Source of the DNA: Lingula anatina
Taxonomy: Eukaryota > Animalia > Brachiopoda
Direction: 5' to 3'
Assembly (NCBI GenBank): GCA_051362555.1
Contig: CM120645.1
Location: 15,066,001 to 15,130,000 of the forward strand
DNA length: 64,000 bases
The stretch's first letter is position 1; every line of letters starts with the position of its first letter. Made by a program: the position numbers and the translations under genes. This document shows positions 26,799 through 39,920 of the stretch, one piece after another. Below the pieces are notes generated by a model. That model was given only the letters and a program-made list of their open reading frames with translations, searched no databases and was not told the DNA's origin.

Positions 26799-29700
26799 AG
26801 TATTGCATTGGTAGACATGTTTTATATATTGAGTTTTATATGCTTAAGTTCATGTCATGTTTTCCACAAATGCAGGTCATGCCCTAATATATAAACCTTT
26901 TATCATATACAAAGCAAAATTCCACATGTTCACTAGAACTCTGTGATTATTATCATGTCTCGATTCAACATAGTTATGGATAATGTAACTCCCAAGGGTG
27001 ATTGAAATATTTGGTAGATTACAGGTGAGTCAAAACTGTTATACTGTTTTTTTTTCTCGAGTTATTCTAGCTATTGAAGTTATGCGTGTACATTTGTATA
27101 AACTTTGTATAATCCTTTATATGTTCCACAAAGTAATATCCATTTCTCATACTGATAACCACATAACCCTGTTTGTGTATATTAAGACATTTTATTTTCA
27201 GTTTCAGGTCACACCCTGCTCTAAGGTCATATTATTGTTCCAGATCACCTTTTACATATTTTCAGACTATTCTGTGTCCCTTTGCATTCTCTGACTGGCG
27301 TATATTGTATGTTTGATATTGTGAGATATCCGCATCACCTTTCACCTCTTTTGTTATTGATATCAACATTTACCTGGCTGACTTGTGTTTTGTGTCGAAG
27401 TCACTGCAGGCAAATATCCACAGAATCTAGGTTATTAAACTGAGCCGATTTTGAAAGTCCACAGGTGTAGTTGTTTGTAATCTACGGCTATCACACACTT
27501 GTTGAGAGTTTAATCGCATGAAACAACAGTAGTATTGCATTATATATAGATGTGTTTTAACAGATGGCAATATATCAAGGTATGCTTACAGTCTACTTTT
27601 TTGCTTTGAATGAGGAATCGGGTCTCCACCCAAAGCAAACCTGTTGCGTTAAGATGTAGTTGGTGTTTGAGGTTTCACTTACAGGTAGAAAGCAATGTTT
27701 CTCCACCTGGAAGGCATCAGGCTAGCTGTCTAGCTGGGTGATTCATGTTAGAGTGGGAGTTGGGGAGGATTGCACTGTCAGGTCTATTGGAAATGATGCA
27801 TGGACTAATAAGTAGGGAGTTTTGAATGCAGTTTAATATGTCGCAAAGAGATGTTTTTTTGCAACTCCCACCCCCAAACAGATTGTAGAATTGCAAACAC
27901 ATGCATCATATTCTGTTGAATATTATTATTATACATTCATATACAGTATATGCAAACCACATGTATGAAAGCAGTGAATTACGTCAATAAATACAGATGC
28001 ACAGATATAAATGCACGAAGCAACTGTATACATTTACACGTAATATGCTTACATATATAACCACACTCATGTAACCATGCTAGTTGCAATTTGAGGCATT
28101 TTTTTTTCTCCTATATGGCATCCAGGTTTCTTCATTGTGTTAGTTGGGAATTGTCAGAGCAATTGTGATGATAAAGTTTCTAGAAAGCTGAAAATGAATA
28201 TATACAGTATATAATGCATTCAGCTATTCCATCACAAGTGTTGTTTTTTTCCTTGGGTATTTATAACATAATTGACAGTGGATCTCTACAAAGGGAGAAG
28301 TCATAAGAGGTTGAAGGCGATGAATTAGATTGGTTATTATACTGTAGATGATGGATGATGCCTGTAACCTATTATCTTTTAGCGTAATTGATTTTCTCGA
28401 ACTTGTTTTTTTGACATGTCTACTTTGTTAAGAAAGCGTTTCCAAGGAATGCAACCTGAAGTCCTGCTTAGAATTTGATCCTTCTTTTTAATTCTTGTCC
28501 AGTGATTGGCAGGGTGGCGCACACTGGCAAATGAAAAATGTCCTTCTTCGTTTTCAATTTAAGAAGCTCTTATATCCATAAAATTCCAAGAACTGCGGTG
28601 ATTTATGTAGTTTTACTACTTTGAAGGATATTTCTGTGAACTTCAGATTTGGGGTTCTTAAGTACAGTAGTTGTCTACTTATGGCTAGTTAGAATATCTA
28701 TTCTGTGTAAGTGTCTGAAGAATAGTTTTCAAGATTTTGATATTAAATCATAGTATATTTATTCAATTTCCCCATGTTTTGGAAAACTGTATAATCAGTA
28801 AAATGCAATAGCTGTTAACAAAGATGATCATTTGCCTTGTATTTAGTCTCTTTTTTTGGATAATAATACAGAAAATACAGATGGGTTTGAATTTTTATAG
28901 AGATGCTGTGATGGAACACAAGCAATTCTTGGCCCTTTGGTTTATAATAGACTTAGTCTTTGAAAAGTTCAAATTTAAGATATTAAACGCTACTCACCAT
29001 CAGGTGTTTAGTCATAAATATTTACTGACTGTATTATACTGATTGTGTACATAGGAAAGGTATTGTATTAGTGCCCACTTGGCCAGAACAGCAAGGTCAG
29101 GTTATTTATAGCTCCTGTCACCTGAGATGTGAAATTGAACTGCCCACTTGAAGGTATTCTGGCATTCCGAATACTCCCTGGTCTGCAGGTACATGTAGAT
29201 GTCATTAGTTTATTGTAGTCTTGATTTTTGAAATTCATTTCAGCTATTCCGTTTTGCATGGCTATCATTATTCTTCCCATTGCTCCTGTTAGTGTGGTTC
29301 CAAGACTTAACAGAATGCAAAATGTGTGTCAGCTTTTACTTTGCTGCTCCTCTGTTTTCATAGATGAAGGTTGAGGAATGGATTTTTCATTGTGCATTGA
29401 GACTTCATGTCAAACAACTTGTGTATATTTTGTATTAAAAATATGCAGGGAATGAAGGTTTTGATAGTCATCTGAATTCGATATTCTGCAGTGTATATTG
29501 TAATTAGATGGTGAGATGTACTTTTGAAATGAAAAAAGAATAATTTTGTTTGAGAAAAGAGGGAGGGGGGAGTGAGAGAGAAAATTTAGTACAGACCATT
29601 CAGCCTTTGTGTTCTCACTTACCTTTCACCATCAGTTTGTATTTAGGCCAGTTCTAAGATGAGAACAAACTTTAAAGGACAAATACACTGAACTTTGTTT

Positions 29701-31715
29701 TTAAGGATAAAGAGAACCAGAAGAATGTGCCTGAGAGTGATTATTCTCTAAAGGTCAGGTTTGTTCCACAATCCAGCATTTGTAAACATTAAACAAAGAT
29801 GAAAGGAAGTTATTAAAATTTAAAGCTGTTAGATACCTTACTACTGGGGTTTATCGATAACACACACTTCTCGTTTATTCTGGGGTTTTATCAGTTGGCT
29901 TACTTATGATTTTTTCTGGAAGGGGAGGGAGGGGTCACTTTGGCCTATCTTGATATAAGTCATAATCTGCTGCCATCTTCAGGGATTTCAGTTAAACTGA
30001 AGTGTCATAGCATTTCAACATTTGCACTTTTGTTATTATATTGACAAAGATCAGGAACTCTTTTTTTTTTTTTGTCATTATTGTCTTGGCTCATTCTTCA
30101 TTCATGGTGATATTTCACATTACAATGTTTCTTTAGCATAGAAAAGCAATTATATTTGGTGTATGGCCATTGATTTTTGTTACTCTTTGCAACACTATAT
30201 GAATGATCTTTTATGAGACAGCTTGGCTTAGCAGGCAAATGATCAGATTTTATTAAAAGCGTATCATGTTTTGATCTTGTCCTGAGATTCATTTCACTTT
30301 TTTTGGTATTTTTAACATTTCCAAAAATATCATAGTGTCACACATTTTTTAGCTATTTGAAAGTGAAAAAGTAATAGATAAAAATTTAATGAACAGGTTG
30401 TTAGATGAAGGAAAATATAACAAGAAGTGTTATAAATGCTGTGTTGCACTACAGTGGGAGATTTCCGTGTGTCAAATTGTTTCTGCCTTTCACTGTGGTA
30501 ATAGTTCATATAATGCACTTTAAAATAGCATGCCTTATTCATGTTACAAAATGCATGCTACATGTACTTAATTCAAAATCCAACCAGAAATGCTAAAGCA
30601 AACCATCCTTTGCATTTACCAGCTTAATGTGAGAAAAAATGATGATTGAATAATTTTCTCTTCTTACTTAAGTAATCTAGGTTGGTAACTGACTGTCAAT
30701 TGCTTTGTGTGCCAATCCTCTTGGTGATATTCTGACAAAGACTGATTGTGTCGATATTGTGAAAAAGAAATCGGCCAAATCAAAAGATAATACGAGTAAA
30801 AGCCTTTCAGAAGAAGGGGAAAAAATAGCCAAGTTGTGTCAAACACAGAAGGAGTTGCATTAGAAGTTACAAAGCAGCAAAGCTTAGAGGCATGGATCAA
30901 TGATTGAAAAACTCTGTATGTCTGGACACTTGGTTCTTCGGCTTTGCTGGCTGGCTGCCTGTCTTCTAGGTTCTCATAGCTGGGAACTCTGTTACCAAAA
31001 TCAATGCTGGCAAATATGATATGGAATTGTAGTCTCAGTTCCCATGATTGATGATCCACAAAATCAGTGGCAAGGAGGAATTGTCTTGGTATTTGGCTTC
31101 CAAGGAATCTCAGTAATTTACTTCTAGGAGGACTAGGGACAGAGGATGAAATGGTCGCTCTTATCTTCAATGGCCTCCTGGAAACCGAGACTGCAGGCGG
31201 AGTTCTTATAGCAAGCTGATTTTTATTTCGCGTTCATTTTTGGAAGTATTAGGTGTCTGTCGATATACAGATTTTAAATTTACACACTGGTACATGAGCA
31301 TAGATTGAAGACAGTGATGCAGTGACAGTGGCACATTGTTCTGTGACAGCAGACAGTATTGGGATTCTTGGAGAAGACATGCCAGTCAGGTAACTTGAGA
31401 TGTGGCCACACCCCCTTCTTACCCCAATATATGGCTGTTATATGTATGTTGTTGAAAATGGACAGAGCCAGCTGAAAAAGGTCATAGAAAATGTCAGCCT
31501 TTCTTTTTTGTGAATACAGGTTCATCGGAGTAATTTATACTTTTTTAGCATGCCATGCACTCAGAAAATATTATTGTTATAATTATTATATTTTATATAT
31601 GACTTGCCTCTTTTACAAGCAAAATTGCAAAAAAAAACTTTTTTTTAAATTGATCTTAAATACACATGTGAAACAAACATTTATACATAGTTGTATAGTA
31701 CTTCTATGTTTTCAG

Positions 31716-31735
31716 TATCAGTAAAGTGTTGGAAG
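31716..31735 (+). other. Candidate 20-nt 5'UTR mini-exon of PMCA
   Basis: tatgttttcAG | TATCAGTAAAGTGTTGGAAG | GTAAGT (consensus donor). Splice signals only. Confidence 0.4.
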
Positions 31736-31986
31736 GTAAGTAATTTAAATATATTTGAAGGCCTTATTGAGTAAAGTAGAAATGGTGAATCTGTATCCTT
31801 GCTCTTCTGAACCTTGGAAGTAGGGATATGAGTTGGGAATAATAACCAGAACAACAGGCCTACACCTCATATTGTTTTACCCTTGTTGCACATACAAATT
31901 TCATTTACAGATTGTTTTCACTTTCGTGTCATATGTTTCTCCTTCTCCTTACTTCATCTTTAGATTATTGCTTTATTTCTTCTCAG

Positions 31987-32013
31987 GATGCTGAAAAAAT
32001 TGATGGTAAACAG
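31987..32013 (+). other. Candidate 27-nt upstream microexon carrying an ATG in frame with PMCA
   Basis: Long pyrimidine-rich tract, TGC ~15 nt upstream, tctcAG | GATGCTGAAAAAATTGATGGTAAACAG | GTTAGT. ATG 31988 reads MLKKLMVN and continues in frame if spliced to 44803. Confidence 0.5.
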
Positions 32014-32852
32014 GTTAGTCCAAAGTCAGCTTTATTTTACTTAATTTTTTGTTTTACTATAACACACAGTAACATGTTATTGTTTATTCTAAAACCCAAA
32101 TTTCACTTAATTGACATTGTTTCCATTACTGTTTGGCCAGTTGGTCATTGTTTTCATTACTGTTTGGCCAGTTGGTCATTAAAAAGGGAACTTTTTCAGT
32201 GATTTGTGTTTCTGTAAATTCATTGTTTAATTTTAGGTGCTTTTTGAAGTGTCAGTTATTCCTGTTATATGCTAATCTTGGCTCTATTTGAGCCATTTTT
32301 GAATAAAAAAGTTGAGTTATTTTAGAAGCCTGATTATAAAATTTTGGATGCTAAATGCATTGGAAAAAAAAGCCGATAAAAAAAGAATTTTTGATGAAAG
32401 TTTTAGGAAAATAACATTCTTAGTTGTGGGAGTATCCAGAAAATGGGAAAATGTTAAGAAACATAGCCAGTTTATCAGTTATGAAGATGTTGTCATGGTT
32501 ACAAGCCATAATATCCATGGTAACACAATGTCATCTGAACTACTGGGTCTCAGATGCGGCGTTACTGTAATTGCCTGACTGTAGATTGCAGTCGAGTCTG
32601 GTATTCAGGGAGCCGTGTGGTGATGATATTGCAACCAGCCTCCCCGTGTGAGACAAGATAACATTCACACTGCCAATTTCTGAAGGCCCGAAGAGATTGG
32701 AGGTTGACAAATAGAAAGAGCAATAATGGTACAAGTGTCCATAAGATTACTTTGGTTCACTTAAGATAACTAATTGAAAAATGAATGACATTCATGTTTG
32801 TCCTTTTTTTGTGGGGGGGATCTTTCATTTTTTAATTTATTTATTTTATAAT

Positions 32853-32855
<3 letters not shown>

Positions 32856-32945
<90 letters not shown>
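32856..32945. repeat. Compound (TA)n + poly(T) microsatellite
   Basis: Read directly from the sequence. Confidence 0.95.
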
Positions 32946-32948
<3 letters not shown>

Positions 32949-33975
32949 AATAGTTATGTTTAGTAAGGTGGTGTTTAGGGGAAAATTCTCTCTCTCTCTC
33001 TCTCCTGGGAGTAATAACTAACAGACGCCTTTTTTATGTTTTTTTTTTCCTTTTGTTTCTTGCTTTTAAGCATTGATTTGTTGCATCTCGGAAGTTATTG
33101 AAGCCTTTGAACTGTTACTTAGGCTTTGCCATTTATTCCCCAAGTGACAGATTCTGCATACCCTGGTCATGTGTTTGTATCGATTCGGGTATTTATTAAG
33201 CAGTACCTCAGCCAAAAGAACATCGTTTTGCATCATCAAAACATGTCTTCATGATTTAGTCATCACTGCATTGATTTTGTCTTGTAAAGGGATTAGGCAT
33301 AACTTGGTTTGCTCCAAAACGCCATTTCAAATTATGTAGTTTGCAGTGATTTTCACTCGTTTGAAGGTGAGAAGAATTGCAGGGCCTGAAAAGTTTGTCT
33401 GGGTCTGGTTGCCTTTTTGTGGCATTGAATGCATATATTTGGCTCCTTCAGAAATTGAGAGTGCATCAGAAGCTTCAGCATGGATTTCTTGGTTGGTCTG
33501 TGTTCCTCATATCAAAGGAGCATCATTATCTTATTATTGTAAATCCTCCAGATGTGTTTGCCATGATTTACTTAAAAGAATATATTGCATATTAATCTAT
33601 AGGCCATTTCCACAGTTTCTATTCATGAGCGAATGTTTTATGTGAGCGCTGCATATCTCTGCATGCCCAGCAGGGCTATTGGGAGGCATGGAATGAACTT
33701 CAAGTATAAATTGAATGATTACAACTTCCACATCAAACAGGGCATTGTGTTAAAACACATTTATCAATGAGTTAAGTGACAGGGAGGCTATTGATCCAAT
33801 GTTGCACAGAGAAAGCCCCTTGATGAATAGCACGCTGCTTGAGAAATTTGCCTGGGGACCCCCGGACTTTCCGTGCTCAAAAGCAGGAAAGAAATTCGAA
33901 AAATTTGATTGAGAGATCTGTAATCATCTGTATTTTCCTGGAAGAAATGCAGATTGAAGTTTTAAGGTCTCTCTC

Positions 33976-35367
33976 TTTTTATGTACAGACACAGATGTGT
34001 CTGTACATATAGCCATCATCTGCGTCTGTCGTCGCCGTCGCCGTCGTCGCCGTGCACTTTTACCGATAACACGATAAGTGGAAAACCATTTTACCTTTTG
34101 ACTTGAAACTTGCAGAACTGATGAATATTCATAATACGCAGGTCAAGTTCGAAAATCAGCATGATTGGGTCACTTTTAGGGAATTTATGCTGTTTTTTCA
34201 CTTTTTTCAGCATATATGCAGCACCGATAACACGATAAGTGGAAAACCATTTTACCTTTTGACTTGAAACTTACAGAACTGATGAATATTCATAATACGC
34301 AGGTCAAGTTCGAAAATCAGCATGATCGGGTCACTTTTGGGGAATTTATGCTGTTTTTTCACTTTTTTCAGCATATATGCAGCACCGATAACACGATAAG
34401 TGGAAAACCATTTTACCTTTTGACTTGAAACTTACAGAACTGATGAATATTCATAATACGCAGGTCAAGTTCGAAAATCAGCATGATTGGGTCACTTTTA
34501 GGTAATTTATGCTGTTTTTTCACTTTTTTCAATATAAATGCAACACTGATAACACAATATAAGAAAAACGGATTGGCCAATTGTAATTATACTCACAGGA
34601 GTGGTCAATCTTACTAAAACGCAGGTTGAGTTCGAAAATAAGCATAATCGGGCCATTACTTAAGAAGTTATACTGTTTTTTCACATTTCCTCAGATTCAA
34701 TTATTAGGCATGTTAACAGTCTCATTATTTAACTAATAAGATGCCTAAAAGTGTTTGTTTGATATTTCCTGCATCTTTACAACATTATTAGTTGATTATG
34801 TAAAAAACATGGTAAACTTGTTATCATGTATTGTGTAATAAAGTGTCAAAAATGGAAATAAACTCATATCATTGCAGTTTGTCAGATTCAATCATCCACT
34901 ATGTTCAGAATCTCAGAATGGAGGAAATTGGACATTTAACACTGTTCTATTGATACTTTTCCCATCTCATCAATTTTCTTAGTTGGACATATAAAAATGG
35001 CAGTAAAATGTTTATTTTGTTTTATGTTAAAAAGTGTTAAAAATGGAAATAAACCCATTTCAGAACAGTGCTGTCTTGTTTACATTTTGGCATTATCAAG
35101 GCGTGACTTTGAAGTTCCATGGGCCTGAAGACCTTTGCTAGTCACATTTTCTGAATATCTGTGATACAAATATTTTATAATTAAAAATTGATGGTCATTA
35201 AGCTGTTAAACATTATGTAATATTGCATCAAAATTTGAAGAAACCCCCATTTTGGGCACTGCTTCCATGATGACCATTTAAGAAAATCATGTCACTTACT
35301 GTTTTCAAACTTACAGGATAGAAACATGGGACTAAAATACAGCTTCAGTAGGCAATGCAGTCTGTTT

Positions 35368-35405
<38 letters not shown>

Positions 35406-35838
35406 GCAGTTAAACAGTTTTTTGTGAAAATTTAATTTTTCACATATTGGCATGTTCAAGGTGTGACTTTAAAGTTCCATGATCTTGAAGACTTTTGCTT
35501 GTCACATTTTCTGAATGTCCATGTTACTAATATTTTATTAATAACATTTGATTGTCATTATGCTGTTAAACATTATGTAATGTTGCATCAAAATTTGAAG
35601 AAACCCCTATTTTGGGCACTGCTCCTATGATGACCATTTAAGGGAAATCATGTCACTGTTCTCAAACTTACAGGAAAGAAACATGGGTCTAACATACAGC
35701 TTCAATAGGCAACGCAGTCTGTTTGGTAAATTTTTCTGGCAATTTAACAGTTTTTTGTGAAAATTTAATTTTTCACTTATTTGCATCTTTATTTTCTGTT
35801 CTTTGTCTGTACATTTGACAGCTTTGCTGCCTTGTTTT
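33976..35838 (+). mobile_element. Non-autonomous Helentron-associated element (HINE/DINE-1-like), copy 2
   Basis: Same 5' palindrome, GTCGCC repeats and 3' TGTCTGTACATTTGACAGCTTTGCTGCCTTGTT end as copy 1. Near-identical 161-bp units start at 34062, 34223 and 34384. Confidence 0.85.
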
Positions 35839-38800
35839 AAATTTTTATGGGGTGGATGTGTAAAAGTTATTGTCATCGGTGCATAAATGGAAGAGTAATG
35901 GGAGGGTATCCACAACATACACTTCACTTCTACCGTTACAGATTATGCAGTCTTCAGATCACCAGTGAAAGAGATTTCAGTGGTTCATGCACAATGATGG
36001 ATTTTTTATTGGTTGAGATGGAGACAAAAGTTTTCGTTGATGCCATCCATTTCTTTACCTTGGTGTCACTGATTTACTGAATTTGCAACAGTGATTGCGT
36101 CTTCTTTTAGAAGACATCTTTTGATCTTAAGAAATTCAGTTGGTCAAGTACTTGATAAAGTATGATGATGAATAAAAAGGCTTAATAATTCAACATGACT
36201 AAATTTTTTCTAACTTTTGTTTATCCCCCCCCCCACCACTCACATATACATAGTCATATGTAAACATGTATATCTTCACTAATGCACTTTTAATTCTCAA
36301 CCATGTGCCATGCTGTGATGTTATGGCCACTGTTGTGCAATAAGTGCATATGAGACTGAGTGAAGGTAAACAGACAGCAGTCAGTCTATATCTGACTAAG
36401 ACACAGCTCACCTGTGAAAATACAAATACCTGAACTGTCACAGCTGCACATCTAAAAAGTCATCAAATTTGACTTGGGCGCAGTCAAAAGCAGTCCCACA
36501 GTACACTTTATAAGGTAGGACTAATCAAGAATGGAAAGAGCATTTACATTTAAATACAAATATCAACCACTATTCGATTTCAATGACGAATGCCACTAGG
36601 ACGATGCTTGATCCCAATGGAATGGAGTGTGTACACTCATTCAAATGGAAATCATCTGAGATAGCTTAAAATGAGCTTGTTGACACTGTTTGACATCACC
36701 GGAAACTACAAACTTGCAAAAGTCTTTGAGGTGGGCTTAACCCGTCAGCATTAGGCACAGGGAATGTTGTTCCAGAAAACGATACAAAAGTGACATGCAA
36801 AACATGAAGGATTCATACTGTTGTGGTAAACACTGTAATTTGACAGAACTTAAGTATGAAAAAAACAGAAAAAATTACATGAGGATAAATTCTGTCATTG
36901 CAGTCGTTAGTTTACCATTATTTCTGATCTCACATACCTCCTAACCCTGGGAAATTTTGCTTGATTTAAGGCCAATTTGAGGGACTTCGGGCAATCTCAG
37001 ATTATCTCCATGTGGGCTGTATTAGATGATCTACATTGTTATTATGTTAGCTTTCTCATGACATTTTTTTGTCCAATGTGACTGCACCTGGAAATCTAAG
37101 AATCCAGGCAACTGGGTTATCAGTATATGTAGATGACATCAAATTACATTCACTTACAGGCGGTTTTAGATGGATTGTAGCAGGTACAGACAAGTCCAGT
37201 TTTCTTTATTTACTGCCGTGTTGGCTGTTATCTTTTTCTACCACATTGAAAAACAGCATGCAGTGATTTATGTTACCTGTAATTGGATGTTTGCTAGATT
37301 ATGATGTGAAACGAGAAGTTGCACAATAAACAGTTGTGTGGGTATCAAGGATAGTGATATGTTAAAATGTAGTCATGATCTTGCAAAAATTTATGCAGAA
37401 AGCTTTTCAGGAATGTATTACCTGTAAAGACTAATCAGAATTAGATGTATTCTGTATATATCTGAATAGAAAAGCGCAAAGCAGCGCATTTCCAGATTGA
37501 TCAATAAATTGTGGGATTTGTCTATAAATAAGTAGAGAAAATAGTGGTATTTTCAGACAATTGGTCATATAGGATTAGTGAAGATATAGAACTTGCATTT
37601 CTCCTTTTCCCCATAACATCCACAGGTAGAGAGAGATGGAAGGGTATACTATATCTAAGTGGTAGTTCAGGTGTCAGAATCGCATTGTTGTGCAATGAAA
37701 TGGCTCTGATTTGCAGCGCAAACTCCAGAGTAGATCAGTAATAATCCCATCCAGCTTCCAAGTACTACATCTAGAGTATGTGTTACCCTCCAGCCTGTCT
37801 GCCAGGAACTGTAGGTACATGGGTATACAGAGGATGGGGGAGGAGGGCTCACAGAGAGATGCCCCAGTGATGTATTACCAATAACACAGTGGTGGCTCCT
37901 GTACTTCCAGGTAGCTGACTGTGGATTATTTTAGAAACTACTTCACTACATATGCTGTGGCTGATACCTAGAGAACAGCTGCAACTGGCATATATACTGA
38001 ACAAGGTAGATAGGAGAGAAGAAGCTAGGAGGTGGATTGCTGTAGAGCTTTATAGCTAGGTTCAAGATGAGGGGCTAGACATTTTTTGGACCAGAGGGAT
38101 TGTATATTCTTTGTTTGTATCTGCTAGGATATTATATAGCCTCAGAACTGTAGGATATCACAGCGTAGGTTGACTGCTGTAGGATACTGCCATGTCGGGA
38201 GTTAAAGGCAAAGGAACCCCAGGAGCCGCCTCTGACCAAAATGGGTAAGAATGTAGTGAGAACTAGGCCGGTATTATGTAAACCATTCAATACAGGTTTC
38301 AATATAGATTTCTTATCCAACTTTGAGGTTCTGTTTTTACATGTAATTGATACACGGAATGCTGGTTGATGCTTGCATTGGGTGTGCAGTTTGTTGCATT
38401 ACACTGTAAGGATTTTCAAGGAGGGATGGAGGTATTTTAGCACTACATGCAGAGTGATGCCAGGTGCTATCATAAACGGCCTTACTGCAATAAATCACTG
38501 CAGCAAAAGCATATGCAGGGAAATGATATTGAACTAACTATCTGGTTGAATGTGCTGTAATGTACAATTTAGATAGACAGAAGAGTGTTTCATATTGAAA
38601 ATGATGGATGGAAAAACAACTGTGTGGGTAGGTTATTATTAATTTTCCCATACAAAGATCGCTTTGATTTCCTGTCTTTGGCTCAAAGGGGAGGGGTCAT
38701 GCAGGGTTTGGGTGTGAAGAAATATAATCAAACTAGTGTAATCAGTCCAGAACTACAATGAATACTGGTGCATATGCTTAGAATTATTCAATATCAAATT

Positions 38801-39816
38801 TGTGCTTCTTTTATTAGTCTAAAAATGGGATGGTCAGTTTGACAGGTTTTATTTTAAAATAAAATAAAAAAGATTTAAATGAAAATAATTGCGTTGTCCC
38901 TCTAGAATATCAGTTGTTTATCAAATGCACTGTTGTGCACTTCTCCAGGGCTGTATGTATTTATATCTTTATAATTATGACCTTGAAGACATATGGGAAG
39001 AAGAGCACTTTTTTGGCTCTGTATAGTGATAGAGTTATTTCTAGTGGCAAAAATTAGTCACCCCAACAACCTCGAAACAAGTTCCAATCTTGAGTTGTAT
39101 TTGGCAATAAATGAGCTAGCCTAATTATGAAAGGTAACTGATGATATGAAAATATAAGGAAAAAAACATTGTCCCATTTAGAGTGTGTAAGCAGAGTCAT
39201 TTATGAAATGCACCATTCACTGTGGTCCCTTCCTCAGGTGTGTATACTGATATATATATATGATGACTGGGTAGCAAAGTTTTGCTATTTGATTCAATTA
39301 TTACCAGCACCTGTCTACACCTGCCACTGCCCACAGTGAGAAGACATACCAGTGGTAGGAACCTGGCTAGGGGGCCATGTATGAAAATGAACCAAAAACT
39401 ACAAGAACCAGAACAGGGTATGCAAAAGTAGATAAGAGTAAAGAGGTCTTTGGAAGTAGGTTGAGTTTGGTATGCAAAGATGAGTTATTGCTGATTTTGA
39501 TAGATGATCAATTATTAGTCAGATGGTTTGGCTTTAAGTAGAAGGGACAGCTTATATATTGAGTAGACCATGAAATGCATGGAGAGAGGAAAAATCAGGA
39601 AATCAGCGTTCAGTATCTATAATACCTGAAAAGAATGCCCCAATTCCATTCTCCACAAAATGTTCTAACCTCCTCCCTCTAATTGAAAGCACATTCTCCC
39701 CAAAAAATTTACACAGATGTGCTCCAGATACAAGACAAAACTTGTATATGAAGGTTATTGAGACAGGCTTTGATCAATTTCATAAATAGTTAAGATTATT
39801 GGGTCACTTCCTAATG

Positions 39817-39920
<104 letters not shown>

